Origin: Erythrobacteraceae bacterium
Lineage (GTDB): Bacteria; Pseudomonadota; Alphaproteobacteria; Sphingomonadales; Sphingomonadaceae
Length of the DNA stretch: 47,729 bases
Direction: 5' to 3'
NCBI GenBank assembly: GCA_046339235.1
Contig: JBKDUW010000155.1
Coordinates: forward strand, 1-47,729
A program made the translations under genes and the position numbers. The stretch's first letter is position 1; each line of letters starts with the position of its first letter. Positions 10,953 to 20,686 of the stretch are shown in pieces. The notes beneath the pieces were generated by a model, which worked only from the letters and a program-made list of their open reading frames with translations, did no database searches and had not been told where the DNA came from.

Positions 10953-12326
10953 TCAGTTGCCCGAAGGGATCAGCGTTATCGCGGTCTGCCGCCCGTCGAT
11001 ATAGCGCACGCTCTTGCCGTCGAAGAAGGCGTCCTCCTCGGTGCGGAAATCGACCTTCTGCCCGCCCCATTCGGGCACGGCGGCGAAGGAGGTGAGCTCG
11101 ATCGACCAGGCGGTGTTGGCGCGGATCGGGCCGCTCCCGCGCGGATCGGGGTTCTGGTTGTCCCAGAACCCGATCGCCGGGCCTGCGCCATGGCCGTGGT
11201 GGCCGATCGGGTGGGTGTAGATCGAGGGATCGAGCCCCGCCGCAATCGCATCGGCGCGCGCTTGCGCCAGCGCCTCGTTACCGCTGCGGCCCACCTTGAA
11301 GGCGCGGGTGAGAAAATCCTGCACCCGGTTGCTGTTCGCCAGCCCCTGAGCGAGGCCAGCAGGTACGGCCGTCTCGCCGGGCTTCAGCACATAGGCGAGG
11401 TGCTGGGTATCGGTGTTGAGCCTGAGATAGGTGATCCCGAAATCGGTCCACAGCAGATCGCCCGGCTGGATCACCGCATCGCCCTCGATCATACCCTTGG
11501 CGCCCTGCCGCTGGATCGCGACCGAGGGGTGGAACCACGGGTCAAGGCCGAGCGCCAGCAGCCGATCACGATACCACCATTGCACCTGTTCCGCCGTGGT
11601 GACGCCCGGGATGATCACCTTCCTCGAAAACGCCTCGGCAATCACCGCGTGGGCGATGCGCACCACGCTCGGGTAGATGGCCATTTCTGACGGCGTTCGG
11701 GTTTCGAGCCAGCGGATCGCCAGCCCCTCGCCGCTCACCACGCGTTCGTGCAGCGCGGGGGGCAGGGCGGACATGAAGCGATCATACTGGCTCAGCGTCA
11801 TCCCGTCGGCGAATTGATACAGATCGGAGGAATTGATCGCGATTTTTGCCGGATCGCGCGCGGCGATCAGCTCGGCCACCGCCTGCCACTGGTCGGGCTG
11901 CTTGGCCGGATACCACACGGGCGCGAACAGCCCGCCAAGCCCGTAGCGGCTGACGGTGAGGCGCTCGACCGGCTTGCCCTCGCCCGGATCGTGGAAGATC
12001 AGGATCGTGCGACGGCGCGCGTGCATGTTCTCGGCATCGAGCATGGTGGCGACCACCGGTTCTTCAAAATATTCGCGCGCCACCAGCAGCCACAGGTCGA
12101 TCCCCTCGGCGCGCATGATCGCCGGGATGATCGTGTCGAGCCGCTCGGCCAGAATGCGGTTTTCGAGTGCGGCCCGTTCGCGCGGGGCGAGGATCGCGGG
12201 GAGCGCCGGGGCGGCCGCTTCGGTTTCGCTCGTGGTAATCGGCGTGTTCGCCTGCACCGGCGCGCCCGCCAGCGCCCCTGCCGCCATCAGCGCCGCGCTC
12301 GCCCAAGCTGTGACCTTGCCCTGCAT
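10953..12326 (-). CDS. Secreted M24 family metallopeptidase (Xaa-Pro aminopeptidase-like)
   Basis: Signal peptide; metal ligands in DFG, TDTQH, HPIGHHGH, SIE, EED. Confidence 0.85.
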   Translation of the reverse strand: MQGKVTAWASAALMAAGALAGAPVQANTPITTSETEAAAPALPAILAPRERAALENRILAERLDTIIPAIMRAEGIDLWLLVAREYFEEPVVATMLDAENMHARRRTILIFHDPGEGKPVERLTVSRYGLGGLFAPVWYPAKQPDQWQAVAELIAARDPAKIAINSSDLYQFADGMTLSQYDRFMSALPPALHERVVSGEGLAIRWLETRTPSEMAIYPSVVRIAHAVIAEAFSRKVIIPGVTTAEQVQWWYRDRLLALGLDPWFHPSVAIQRQGAKGMIEGDAVIQPGDLLWTDFGITYLRLNTDTQHLAYVLKPGETAVPAGLAQGLANSNRVQDFLTRAFKVGRSGNEALAQARADAIAAGLDPSIYTHPIGHHGHGAGPAIGFWDNQNPDPRGSGPIRANTAWSIELTSFAAVPEWGGQKVDFRTEEDAFFDGKSVRYIDGRQTAITLIPSGN

Positions 12327-12436
12327 CCCTTGCCCCCATTGGCCGCCTGCCCCGGCATGCCGTCATGCCACCATGAAGCGCCGCCGCGCGCTGCGCAAGC
12401 TTGCGCCCGCGCCCGCGCTGGCCCACCTTGTCTGCC

Positions 12437-13186
12437 ATGACCCGCCCCCCCCGCTCTCCCGGCCCGGCCCGCATTAGGCTCGCCAGCTACAATATCCGCA
12501 AGGGCGTCGGCACCGATCGCGTGCGCAACCCGCTGCGCATCCTCAAGGTGCTGCAGGAGGTGGATGCCGACATTATTGCGCTGCAGGAGGCCGACCGCCG
12601 CTTCGGCACGCGCGCCTCGGTGCTGCCGCAAGTGCTGCTCGATCATCACAGCGAGTACGAGGCCGTTCCGCTCGATGTGCAGGCCGATTCGATGGGCTGG
12701 CATGGCAATGCGATCCTTGTGCGCAAGGGGATGCAGGTGCTGCAGCACGACATCATCCATATCCCCTGCCTCGAACCGCGCGGGGTGGTGACCGCGACCA
12801 TCGCAACCCCGGCGGGGGCGCTGACGGTGTTCGGAATGCACCTCGATCTGTCGGGCCTGTGGCGGGTGCGGCAGGCGCGGGCGATTGCTGGTCTTGCCGA
12901 GACCGCGCGCGCCGCGGGGCCGACGGTGCTTATGGGCGATTGCAATGAATGGCGCGCCGCCGCAGGGTGCTTCCGCGAGTTTGGCCGCCGCTTCACGATC
13001 CTCGATTGCGGACCGAGTTTTCACAGCCGCCGGCCGTTGGGGCGGCTTGACCGGATCATGCATTGCGAGCGCCTGCAGTTGGGCGATTGCGGTGTCCACC
13101 ACACCCCGCTCGCCGCGACCGCATCCGATCACCTGCCGGTCTGGGCCGAACTGGCCTTCAAGCTGGACACACCACGAAGCAGTTGA
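12437..13186 (+). CDS. Endonuclease/exonuclease/phosphatase (EEP) family protein
   Basis: SYNI, LQE, GNAIL, HL, GDCNEW, LDRI, SDHLP motifs. Confidence 0.9.
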   Translation: MTRPPRSPGPARIRLASYNIRKGVGTDRVRNPLRILKVLQEVDADIIALQEADRRFGTRASVLPQVLLDHHSEYEAVPLDVQADSMGWHGNAILVRKGMQVLQHDIIHIPCLEPRGVVTATIATPAGALTVFGMHLDLSGLWRVRQARAIAGLAETARAAGPTVLMGDCNEWRAAAGCFREFGRRFTILDCGPSFHSRRPLGRLDRIMHCERLQLGDCGVHHTPLAATASDHLPVWAELAFKLDTPRSS

Positions 13187-13228
13187 CGGCCCCGCGCCAA
13201 TCGTGGCAAGCGGCGCCCCGCGCACGAC

Positions 13229-13302
13229 GCGGGTGTAGCTCAATGGTAGAGCAGAAGCTTCCCAAGCTTACGACGAGGGTTCGAGTCCCTTCACCCGCTC
13301 CA
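13229..13302 (+). tRNA. tRNA-Gly (CCC)
   Basis: 74-nt cloverleaf GCGGGTG...CACCCGC-T-CCA, anticodon loop TTCCCAA, T arm GGTTCGAGTCC, encoded CCA. Confidence 0.96.
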
Positions 13303-13443
13303 CAATCCTGAAATAACCTCAGAAAACCGCTATTCCGGAGGCGGTAATGCGTTCACCTTCACCCATAGCTTCTCACACGGCTTCTCACAGGCCGGGCGAG
13401 GGAAGCAACATGCCGAACGCGTTCGGCCTGCTGGTGCGCTGAC

Positions 13444-13510
13444 ATGGGCCAGCACAGCTATCTCGTGCGCCGCGGAGCCCGATACCACTTTCGGCGGAGA
13501 CTGTCCGTCG
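13444..13510 (+). pseudogene. Remnant of an integrase N-terminal (DUF6538-like) domain
   Basis: MGQHSYLVRRGARYHFRRRL matches the Y-L-x-R-R-G-x-x-Y-x-F-R-R-R start of this domain. The frame then runs antisense through the methyltransferase with no recombinase motifs. It lies 140 bp after the tRNA. Confidence 0.6.
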
Positions 13511-13582
13511 GCAGAACATTTGGCGCAGCCAGCGCAAAGGTGATCGCGGCAAGCGCCGGTGAAATCCACCCTCGCACCCGCA

Positions 13583-14263
13583 TTAGGCCCGCGCGCTCCA
13601 ACCCGTCCACAGCAGGCCCGCATAGAAGATTTCGATGTCACGAAACCCTGCCTCGGCAAGCAGTTGGGCTTCTCTCTCCCGCGATATCATCGGAACGAAT
13701 TGACGGATACCTTCGCACGCCCGCGCCACATCTTCGAGCGGTGCGCCGGAATCCAGCGCGAACCGCGCATAGCGATCCAGTTTGTGCGCGAACTGCGGAT
13801 CGGATCTGTCGAGGCAATGATCGACGACAACGAAAGGCGCTCCCGGATGCAAGCGGCTGCGGATGGCCTGCAAGGTCGCAAGCTTGGCCCCGTCGTCCGG
13901 GATCATGTGAAGCGTCAGCAAGCAGGTCGCGGCGTCAAACGGCCCCGGCGGCGCGGCGTCGATCAATCCTTCGACAAGATCGCAGCGGTCACTGAATTCA
14001 CCCAGCGTCCGGCGAGCTACTGCCAGCATTTCGGATGACGGATCGACGCCAGTGAAACGCCAACCGGGCTGCGCTTGCGCAAAGTGCCGAAGCTCGATCC
14101 CGCCGCCTGCGCCAACCACAAGGATGTTCGCCTCATCGGGTGCGCCCTCGGCGACGAGCAGCGCGCTCATGCGCAGCATATCATGGTGCCCGGGAACGAA
14201 CCGCTTGGGCCCGTCGACATAACGCGCGGCGAAATCGGGGTCGGCGAAGGGGTCTTCGGTCAC
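13583..14263 (-). CDS. Class I SAM-dependent methyltransferase (CmoA-like)
   Basis: ILVVGAGGG motif I, GVDPS, FDAATCLLTLH, L.PGAP; GTG start overlaps the upstream stop (GTGA). Confidence 0.85.
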   Translation of the reverse strand: MTEDPFADPDFAARYVDGPKRFVPGHHDMLRMSALLVAEGAPDEANILVVGAGGGIELRHFAQAQPGWRFTGVDPSSEMLAVARRTLGEFSDRCDLVEGLIDAAPPGPFDAATCLLTLHMIPDDGAKLATLQAIRSRLHPGAPFVVVDHCLDRSDPQFAHKLDRYARFALDSGAPLEDVARACEGIRQFVPMISREREAQLLAEAGFRDIEIFYAGLLWTGWSARA

Positions 14264-14829
14264 CGCAAGTCGGCTTTGGGATTGAGCGGCGTGTCGATCA
14301 CTAACACCAGCCGCTTTTCGCCCATGTCGCCGGCTGGCGGGGATCGGTGGAAGCACGGCCGGTGGTCGGCGTCGTAGGTCCGACCCTTGAACAGGCCGAC
14401 CCAACCCGTGGGAACGCGCTCGAGGCAGCAATCGCTTCGATCATTTTCATCGGCGTGCGGCGCGATGTCGGTTCCGGGACCTGCATAGGTCGTTATCAGC
14501 CGGACATCGGTGTAATCGGCGTGAACCTTGCGGCAGGCATTGCTGTCGGTGCGCTCGATCCGAACCCGCACCGCGCTGACGTTCATGATCTGTGCGAACC
14601 GGCGAGCAAGTGCTTCGACATCGACCACCAGATCACCCGGCAAATCGGCGAAGGCCTCGCGCACACCTCCGGGTTCGCCCTCGTAACGCCGCATGTGCGG
14701 TTCGAGCGCCAGCATCTCGGCAAGCGTCGCGTCCGAGAGCGGCGGATCGCGCGGTTCAAGGTGGAGCGGGCAGTCGCGGTCATGGATCTGCGCCCATTGA
14801 TCCATGAGCAGTGTTTCTGCCGCGATCAT
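14260..14829 (-). CDS. DUF1826 family protein
   Basis: CRKVHADY...[11 protein letters not shown]...LFKG...HRSP...RLVLVID; ATGA-coupled to the COG0523 gene. Confidence 0.8.
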   Translation of the reverse strand: MIAAETLLMDQWAQIHDRDCPLHLEPRDPPLSDATLAEMLALEPHMRRYEGEPGGVREAFADLPGDLVVDVEALARRFAQIMNVSAVRVRIERTDSNACRKVHADYTDVRLITTYAGPGTDIAPHADENDRSDCCLERVPTGWVGLFKGRTYDADHRPCFHRSPPAGDMGEKRLVLVIDTPLNPKADLR

Positions 14830-16061
14830 TCCGCAGGCTCCAGCGCGGTTTGGGCTTCGCCCCAGGCGGGGAAGGGATCGTTCAGGCTTTCCCACTTTTC
14901 GGGGGTGAATGCGTCGGACGGCACAAGGCACGTATCGAGCGCCTTGGTTATCGCCGCCTTGTCGAGCCCGATGCCGATAAACACCAGCTCCTGCCGCCGG
15001 TCGCCCCAGACCGGGTCCCAGTGACGGATCACGAATTCCTCGAAACTGCCATCGTCCGGCCAGCGGTTTTTGGGCACGGCGGCCCACCACCGGCCCATGC
15101 GGCTGACGGTTTTCTGGTGCCCGGCAATCGCCAGCTCGCCCAGAAACTCGCTGCGGGTCGCGAGCCAGAAGTGGCCCTTGGCGCGGATCACCTTGTCGAG
15201 CGCGTCGCCGGTCAGGAAGCGGTAGAACATTGCCGGGTGGAACGGGCGGCGGGCGCGATAGACGAAGCTCTCGACCCCGTATTCCTCGCTTTCAGGGCGG
15301 TGGCTGGCGTAGTCGTAGAGTTCTTTCATCCACAGCGGGTGCTGCTCGGAGCGTTCCTCGTCATAGAGCCCGGTGCCCATGATGGTGTCGAGCGCGACCT
15401 TGCCGAAATCGGCGTCGATGATCCGCGCATCGGCGTTCAATGAGGCGACCACCTGCTTGACCGTGGCGAGCTGTTCGGCGCTGACCGCGCTCGCCTTGTT
15501 GACGATCACCACATCGGCGAATTCGATCTGTTCGACGAGCAGGCTGACAAGGCTGCGATCATCGCCTTCGCCCGCTGTCTCCCCACGCGCCGAGAGAAGA
15601 TCGGTGCTCGAATAATCGGCCAGCAGGTTGAGCGCATCGACCACGGTCACCATGGTGTCGAGCCGCGCGACATCGCCGAGGCACTCGTCTTCTTCGTCGC
15701 GGAACGAGAACGTCGCGGCGACCGGCAGGGGTTCGGAAATCCCGGTGCTTTCGATCACGAGGTAGTCGAAGCGGCCTTCTTCGGCCAGTTTGCGGACTTC
15801 CTTCAGCAGATCATCGCGCAGGGTGCAGCAGATGCAGCCATTGGTCATCTCGACCAGCGTTTCCTCCGCGCGGCTCAATGCCGCCTCTCCGCCACGCACC
15901 AGATCGGCGTCGATGTTCACCTCGGACATGTCGTTGACGATCACCGCCACCCGCTTGCCCTCTCGGTTGGCGAGGATGTGGTTGAGCAGCGTGGTCTTGC
16001 CCGCGCCGAGAAAGCCGGAAAGTACGGTTACGGGGAGACGAGGATCAGGTGTGGCATTCAT
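14826..16061 (-). CDS. zigA: COG0523 (G3E) zinc metallochaperone GTPase, ZigA/YciC type
   Basis: [30 protein letters not shown], CobW_C-like C-terminus ([11 protein letters not shown]). Confidence 0.9.
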   Translation of the reverse strand: MNATPDPRLPVTVLSGFLGAGKTTLLNHILANREGKRVAVIVNDMSEVNIDADLVRGGEAALSRAEETLVEMTNGCICCTLRDDLLKEVRKLAEEGRFDYLVIESTGISEPLPVAATFSFRDEEDECLGDVARLDTMVTVVDALNLLADYSSTDLLSARGETAGEGDDRSLVSLLVEQIEFADVVIVNKASAVSAEQLATVKQVVASLNADARIIDADFGKVALDTIMGTGLYDEERSEQHPLWMKELYDYASHRPESEEYGVESFVYRARRPFHPAMFYRFLTGDALDKVIRAKGHFWLATRSEFLGELAIAGHQKTVSRMGRWWAAVPKNRWPDDGSFEEFVIRHWDPVWGDRRQELVFIGIGLDKAAITKALDTCLVPSDAFTPEKWESLNDPFPAWGEAQTALEPAE

Positions 16062-16110
16062 GCAGGGGATCCTTGTGAGCGGGACTTATCTGGGTGCGCC
16101 TTGATATTAA

Positions 16111-16128
16111 GTAATGTTGTATCATCAC
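16111..16128. promoter_or_regulatory. Putative Zur box
   Basis: GTAATGTTGTATCATCAC; core ATGTTGTATCAT matches 10/12 of ATGTTATAACAT; 50 bp upstream of the COG0523 start. Confidence 0.7.
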
Positions 16129-16208
16129 GCAATAGGCAGGGCTGTGGTTTGAAACGGGTATGCCGTCACGCAGGGCTGAGACGCCGATGGGTGTTGCCCG
16201 GCGAGATT

Positions 16209-16232
16209 ATCTATATATGATAAAATATAGAT
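16209..16232. promoter_or_regulatory. Putative ModE-type operator
   Basis: Perfect inverted repeat ATCTATAT-N8-ATATAGAT in a GC-rich background; resembles the TATAT-N8-ATATA core of ModE sites; a ModE-type gene follows the downstream TBDR. Confidence 0.65.
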
Positions 16233-16255
16233 TCGGCGGCAGTTCGGGGGACTTC

Positions 16256-18616
16256 TTGCGCAACATTTTTCAGATTGGTCTGTCCGGCAGCGCCGCGTTT
16301 CTCCTGTCGGCACCGGCCTTGGCCGACGCGGCTTCCGCGGAGAGCGAGGCCAGCGAACCCATCATCGTCACCGCGCGGCAGCGTCCGGAAGATGCGCAGG
16401 ACGTGCCCGCTGCGCTTTCGGTGGTGGACGCGCGCTGGCTGGAGCAGTCCTACACGCTCAACACCCGTGACCTCACCGCGCTGGTGCCCGCGCTGAACTA
16501 TTCCTCGGCCAATCCGCGCAACACGGCCTTCACCATCCGCGGGCTGGGATCGAGCGTCGTCGCGGTCAGCCAGGCCAATGACGGGCTCGAGCCGGGGGTA
16601 GGCTACTATGTCGACGGGGTCTATCACGCGCGCCCCGCTACGGCCGCCTTCGACTATTCCGATATCGAGCGGATCGAGGTGCTGCGCGGACCGCAGGGCA
16701 CGCTGTTCGGCAAGAACACTACTGCGGGCGCGATCAACATCATCTCTGCCGCGCCGAGCTTCACGCGCAGCGTCAATGGCGAACTCAGCGGGGGCGAGCG
16801 CCGCTTTGCGCAAGGGCGGTTCTCCGCCACTGGTCCCTTGGCGGGAGAGACGCTCGCCTACCGCCTGTCGGGCACCTTCACCCGGCGCGACGGGGTGCTG
16901 CGCAACGTCACCAATGGCCGCGACCAGAACACGCTCGGCGCACAGGCGGTGCGCGGGCAGGTGCTATGGCAGCCTTCGTCCACCTTCCGGCTTCGGCTGA
17001 TCGCGGACTTCTCCAATTTCGACAGCGAGTGCTGCACGCAGGTCTATTTGCGCGTCGGCACCAGCCTGCGCCCGGCGGCTCGACAGTTTCCGGCGTTGGC
17101 GGCAGCGGCGGGCTATACCCCGGCGAGCACCAATCCCTATGACCGCCTGACCGACATCGATGCGCCGCTTGCCGTTGAAACCAGCGAGGGCGGCATCGCG
17201 GGAACAGCGGACTGGGACATCGGCCCGGCCACGCTGACCTCGATCACCGCATGGCGCTTCTGGAACTGGGACGCGGCGAATGACCGGGACTATACAGGTC
17301 TCCCGATCCAGCTGATCCAGCGCATCCCCTCTCGGCAGGACCAGCTCAGTCAGGAAGTGCGGATCGCGTCCGATGGCGAGGCCGATGTCAGCTATGTCGC
17401 GGGGCTCTACTTCTTCCGTCAAGTGCTCACCGGATCGCCCAATTCGGTCTTCGGGCCCTACGGCGCGCCGTGGCTGATCGGAGCGACGACTGGCGCGAGC
17501 GCCACACCGGTGCCGGCGAACCTGCTCGACGGTTACGGCCAGACCGGCGAGACGCGCTTTGCGGTCAATAGCTATGCCGCCTTTGCCGAGGCGAACTGGC
17601 GGATCGCGGCGCGCGTCAGGCTGACCGGAGGCCTGCGCTACACTTACGAGAGCAAGTTGGGCGACTACAGCACACAGGTGTCCGGCGGTCCGGCCACCAC
17701 GAGCCCTGCACTCATCAACGCGCGGCTGGGCGTGCTGCGGCCGCAGACCTATGCCGCGCGCGACCGGGAGGGCAGCCTCTCGGGCCGCGCGAATATCGCG
17801 TGGCAGCCGACCAATGCCATATTGCTCTATGCGAGCTTCGCGCGCGGGTTCAAATCGGGCGGGATCAACATGTCGGGCCTGCCCCTCGATGCGAACAACC
17901 AGCCCGCGTTGGCGACGGCGGTGGTGGAGCCGGAACGCAACACGACCTGGGAGGCGGGGGTCAAGTCGACCCTGTGGGACGATCGCCTCACGCTTAACCT
18001 CGCCGCCTATCACACCACGGTCAGCGATTTTCAGGCGACGGTGGTGGATTCGAGCCAGACCGTGGCCCTGCGCGGCTATCTTTCGAACATCCCCGAGGTG
18101 CGCGTGCAAGGCATCGAGGCCGATGCTGCGCTGCGCCTAGGGCGCCTGACGCTGATCGGCGCGCTCGCCTATGGTGATGGCACCTATACTGACTATCCGG
18201 CAGGGCCCTGTCCGCTTGAACTGCAGACTGCCGCGACAGCGGCATGCGATCTCACTGGTCAGCGATTGGCGGGCCTGCCGCGCTGGTCCGAAACGCTGAG
18301 CGCCGATTATACGCTGCCAGTGGCGGGCGGCGTGCTTTTCCTCCATGCCGAAAGCAACTGGCGCAGCGGCTATTCCGGCGATCCGAGCCTGTCGCGGTTC
18401 ACCTTTGTCGAGGGTTACAACCTCACCAATGCCAGCCTTGGCTACCGGCAGGAGAATGCCGACGGGGAAGGCTGGGAGATCGCCGTCTTCGCGCGCAATC
18501 TGCTCGATGCAGATTATATCCAGAATGTGACCATTCAGGCGGGCAATTCAGGGCTAATCCTCGGTACGCCCAGCGATCTGCGCACTGTGGGGGTGACCTT
18601 CAGACTGCGGCAGTAG
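16256..18616 (+). CDS. TonB-dependent receptor
   Basis: Signal peptide, TonB box IIVTAR, plug motifs IRGLG and IERIEVLRGPQGTLFGKN, C-terminal beta strand. TTG start inferred from the GGGGGA RBS. Confidence 0.9.
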   Translation: MRNIFQIGLSGSAAFLLSAPALADAASAESEASEPIIVTARQRPEDAQDVPAALSVVDARWLEQSYTLNTRDLTALVPALNYSSANPRNTAFTIRGLGSSVVAVSQANDGLEPGVGYYVDGVYHARPATAAFDYSDIERIEVLRGPQGTLFGKNTTAGAINIISAAPSFTRSVNGELSGGERRFAQGRFSATGPLAGETLAYRLSGTFTRRDGVLRNVTNGRDQNTLGAQAVRGQVLWQPSSTFRLRLIADFSNFDSECCTQVYLRVGTSLRPAARQFPALAAAAGYTPASTNPYDRLTDIDAPLAVETSEGGIAGTADWDIGPATLTSITAWRFWNWDAANDRDYTGLPIQLIQRIPSRQDQLSQEVRIASDGEADVSYVAGLYFFRQVLTGSPNSVFGPYGAPWLIGATTGASATPVPANLLDGYGQTGETRFAVNSYAAFAEANWRIAARVRLTGGLRYTYESKLGDYSTQVSGGPATTSPALINARLGVLRPQTYAARDREGSLSGRANIAWQPTNAILLYASFARGFKSGGINMSGLPLDANNQPALATAVVEPERNTTWEAGVKSTLWDDRLTLNLAAYHTTVSDFQATVVDSSQTVALRGYLSNIPEVRVQGIEADAALRLGRLTLIGALAYGDGTYTDYPAGPCPLELQTAATAACDLTGQRLAGLPRWSETLSADYTLPVAGGVLFLHAESNWRSGYSGDPSLSRFTFVEGYNLTNASLGYRQENADGEGWEIAVFARNLLDADYIQNVTIQAGNSGLILGTPSDLRTVGVTFRLRQ

Positions 18617-19010
18617 GATCGTCTGACGCGGGTTCCTTGCTGCGTTTTGCGGGACGCGGTGCGGCGAGCAGGTGCCCGGCGATGGCTGCGAACCCGGCGC
18701 CGCTGGCCTGTTCCGCATCGCTCTGGAGCTGGCGATACCGGCCCAGAACCTCCTCCCCCAGCGCCGTCAGGTGTGCGCCCGCCTTCTGGTTGCCCGGCGT
18801 GGTCGCGACCAGCGGCCCCTGCCAGCAGCGGTTCATGGCATCGACGAGCAGCCAGGTGCGGCGGTAGCTCATCCCCATCGCCCGACCGGCCGCCGAGATC
18901 GAGCGGTGTTCGGCGATGGCGTCGAGCAGGTCGGCCTTGCCCGGACCCATGGCGATCTCGTCGCCGCACATGATCTGGATCTTGAACTTGAGGGGTGTGG
19001 GCGGCGTCAT
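18600..19010 (-). CDS. Stand-alone ModE-type winged-helix regulator (no Mop domains)
   Basis: MGPGKADLLDAI...SISAAGRAMGMSYRRTWLLVDAMN...GAHLT; only 136 aa. Confidence 0.88.
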   Translation of the reverse strand: MTPPTPLKFKIQIMCGDEIAMGPGKADLLDAIAEHRSISAAGRAMGMSYRRTWLLVDAMNRCWQGPLVATTPGNQKAGAHLTALGEEVLGRYRQLQSDAEQASGAGFAAIAGHLLAAPRPAKRSKEPASDDPTAAV

Positions 19011-19121
19011 GGCAAGATGTTACCCCTGCAACGCCTGCCGTCCAACAGCGATTGCACATGTGCGGCCAGAGCTTCCCAACGGCGTGACAAGCGGACCGTG
19101 GAAGGCTATGGCGCAACCCAA

Positions 19122-19535
19122 ATGACCCGCCTGCGCGCCCTGATCCGTGACCATGCCCGGCTGACGCTGGTGCTGCTGGCGCTTGCGCTGGCGGTGAAGG
19201 CTGTGGTGCCGGCGGGGTTCATGCTGTCGGCGGGCGGTGACCGGTTTCTGACGGTGACGATCTGCTCCGATGCAAGCGGAACGCCCAAGCAGATGCAGAT
19301 CGCCCTTCCGGGCAAGCAGGATGCCGGCGGCGATCATTCCGATGCGGCTGCCAAGGCGACACATTGCGCTTTCTCGGGCCTCGGCCATTCCGCGCTCGGC
19401 GGGGCCGATCCGCTGTTGCTGGCGACTGCGCTGGCCTTCATCCTGCTGATCGGGATTGCCCCGCTCCCGGCGCTGCCTCGGCGCGACCTTCCCTTCCTGC
19501 GCCCCCAATTGCGCGGGCCTCCTCTCTCCGCCTGA
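19122..19535 (+). CDS. DUF2946 family (CruR-like) leader protein ending in RGPP
   Basis: Hydrophobic N-terminus with PAGFM, ICS, HCAF, second hydrophobic segment, Pro-rich tail ending LRGPPLSA. Confidence 0.8.
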   Translation: MTRLRALIRDHARLTLVLLALALAVKAVVPAGFMLSAGGDRFLTVTICSDASGTPKQMQIALPGKQDAGGDHSDAAAKATHCAFSGLGHSALGGADPLLLATALAFILLIGIAPLPALPRRDLPFLRPQLRGPPLSA

Positions 19536-19612
19536 CACGCTGAACCCTTCGTGTCGGTAAGCCCGGCCATGCGCTCCATTGCGGGCGCGGCGGGCTGTCG
19601 GAGCTGCTTTTC

Positions 19613-20143
19613 ATGTATGCCATTCATAGCTGCCCAACTGGGCAGCCAGACGCGGGCCATCCCGCGCGGCTCGCCGAGCAAGGCGGGCTGATCCTGCAAT
19701 TGCAGGAGAACCGTTCGCACCTGTCGCAGGATGCGCGCGTTACCTTTACCGTGCTCATCGCCGTGTTCATGGCGATGGCGGTCCTGCCTGCACTCCGGGG
19801 CCAGTGGCTGGTGCCCGCCTACGCCATCGGTGCCATGGCGCTATTGGTCGGCGTGCTTGATTGGCACCGCCGCACCCGGCCTGCCGCCGAATGGCTGGCG
19901 CTCGATGACGGACGGCTGCTGTGGCGCAGCCTTGCCCACGAAACGGTCGAATGGCCGCTCGCTGCCACGCGCCTTGTCGTCGACGATGCGGTGCCCGCAC
20001 GGCTTCGACTGTTCCTCGAACACCGCGCCCGCCGCATCGAGATCGCCACCTGCCTCGGCCTCGAGGAACGCCGCGAGGTTGCCGATCTCATCACCCGCGA
20101 AATCGCCGCAGCCCGCCAGGACGGCTCGTCTTTGTCCTTATAA
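19613..20143 (+). CDS. DUF2244-like membrane protein
   Basis: L.ENRS, two TM helices, C-terminal IEIATCLGLEERREVA pattern; GGAG RBS upstream. Confidence 0.6.
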   Translation: MYAIHSCPTGQPDAGHPARLAEQGGLILQLQENRSHLSQDARVTFTVLIAVFMAMAVLPALRGQWLVPAYAIGAMALLVGVLDWHRRTRPAAEWLALDDGRLLWRSLAHETVEWPLAATRLVVDDAVPARLRLFLEHRARRIEIATCLGLEERREVADLITREIAAARQDGSSLSL

Positions 20144-20161
20144 TTTTTTGGAGACCGCACC

Positions 20162-20686
20162 ATGATCCGTAAACTCATTGCCGCCGCTGCCCTGAGCAGC
20201 ATTGTCATTCTTGCAGGCTGCCAGGCCTCGCCCGAGGCCAACGCGCCCGCCGCTGCCGAAACCGCCGCCAGCAGCATCGCTCTGACCGACCCCTGGTCGC
20301 GCGAGACCGCCGAGGGCCAGAACGCGGGCGGCGCCTTCATGACCATCGCTAACACCGGCACCGCCGCCGACCGCCTGACCGGCGGCAGCACCCCGGTGGC
20401 CGCGCGCGTCGAGATCCACACCATGACAATGGAGAACGACGTCATGCGGATGCGCCAGCTTGAGGACGGGCTGGAAATCCCGGCTGGCGGCGAGGTGACG
20501 CTCAAGCCCGGCAGCTTCCACGTGATGCTGATGGACCTCAAGCAGCCATTGAAGGCGGGCGACAAGGTGCCGCTGACGCTCACTTTCAAAGGTGCGGGCA
20601 CCGTGGAGACCGAGCTCGAAGTGCGGGCCGCGGGCACCATGGCCCCCGGCATGACGCATGGTGAGGAGGACAAGCCCCATGGCTGA
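20162..20686 (+). CDS. PCu(A)C periplasmic copper chaperone (lipoprotein)
   Basis: Lipobox LAGC; Cu ligands in EIHTM...MRM...LKPGSFHVML. Confidence 0.93.
   Translation: MIRKLIAAAALSSIVILAGCQASPEANAPAAAETAASSIALTDPWSRETAEGQNAGGAFMTIANTGTAADRLTGGSTPVAARVEIHTMTMENDVMRMRQLEDGLEIPAGGEVTLKPGSFHVMLMDLKQPLKAGDKVPLTLTFKGAGTVETELEVRAAGTMAPGMTHGEEDKPHG

Noticed and set aside
16101-16114. FNR/FixK-like site TTGAT-N4-AGTAA
   Set aside because: Right half-site is poor; the overlapping Zur-like dyad fits the downstream gene better.
16160-16255. Longer TBDR N-terminus from the ORF track
   Set aside because: Would run through the AT-rich palindrome and displace the signal peptide; TTG 16256 has an RBS.
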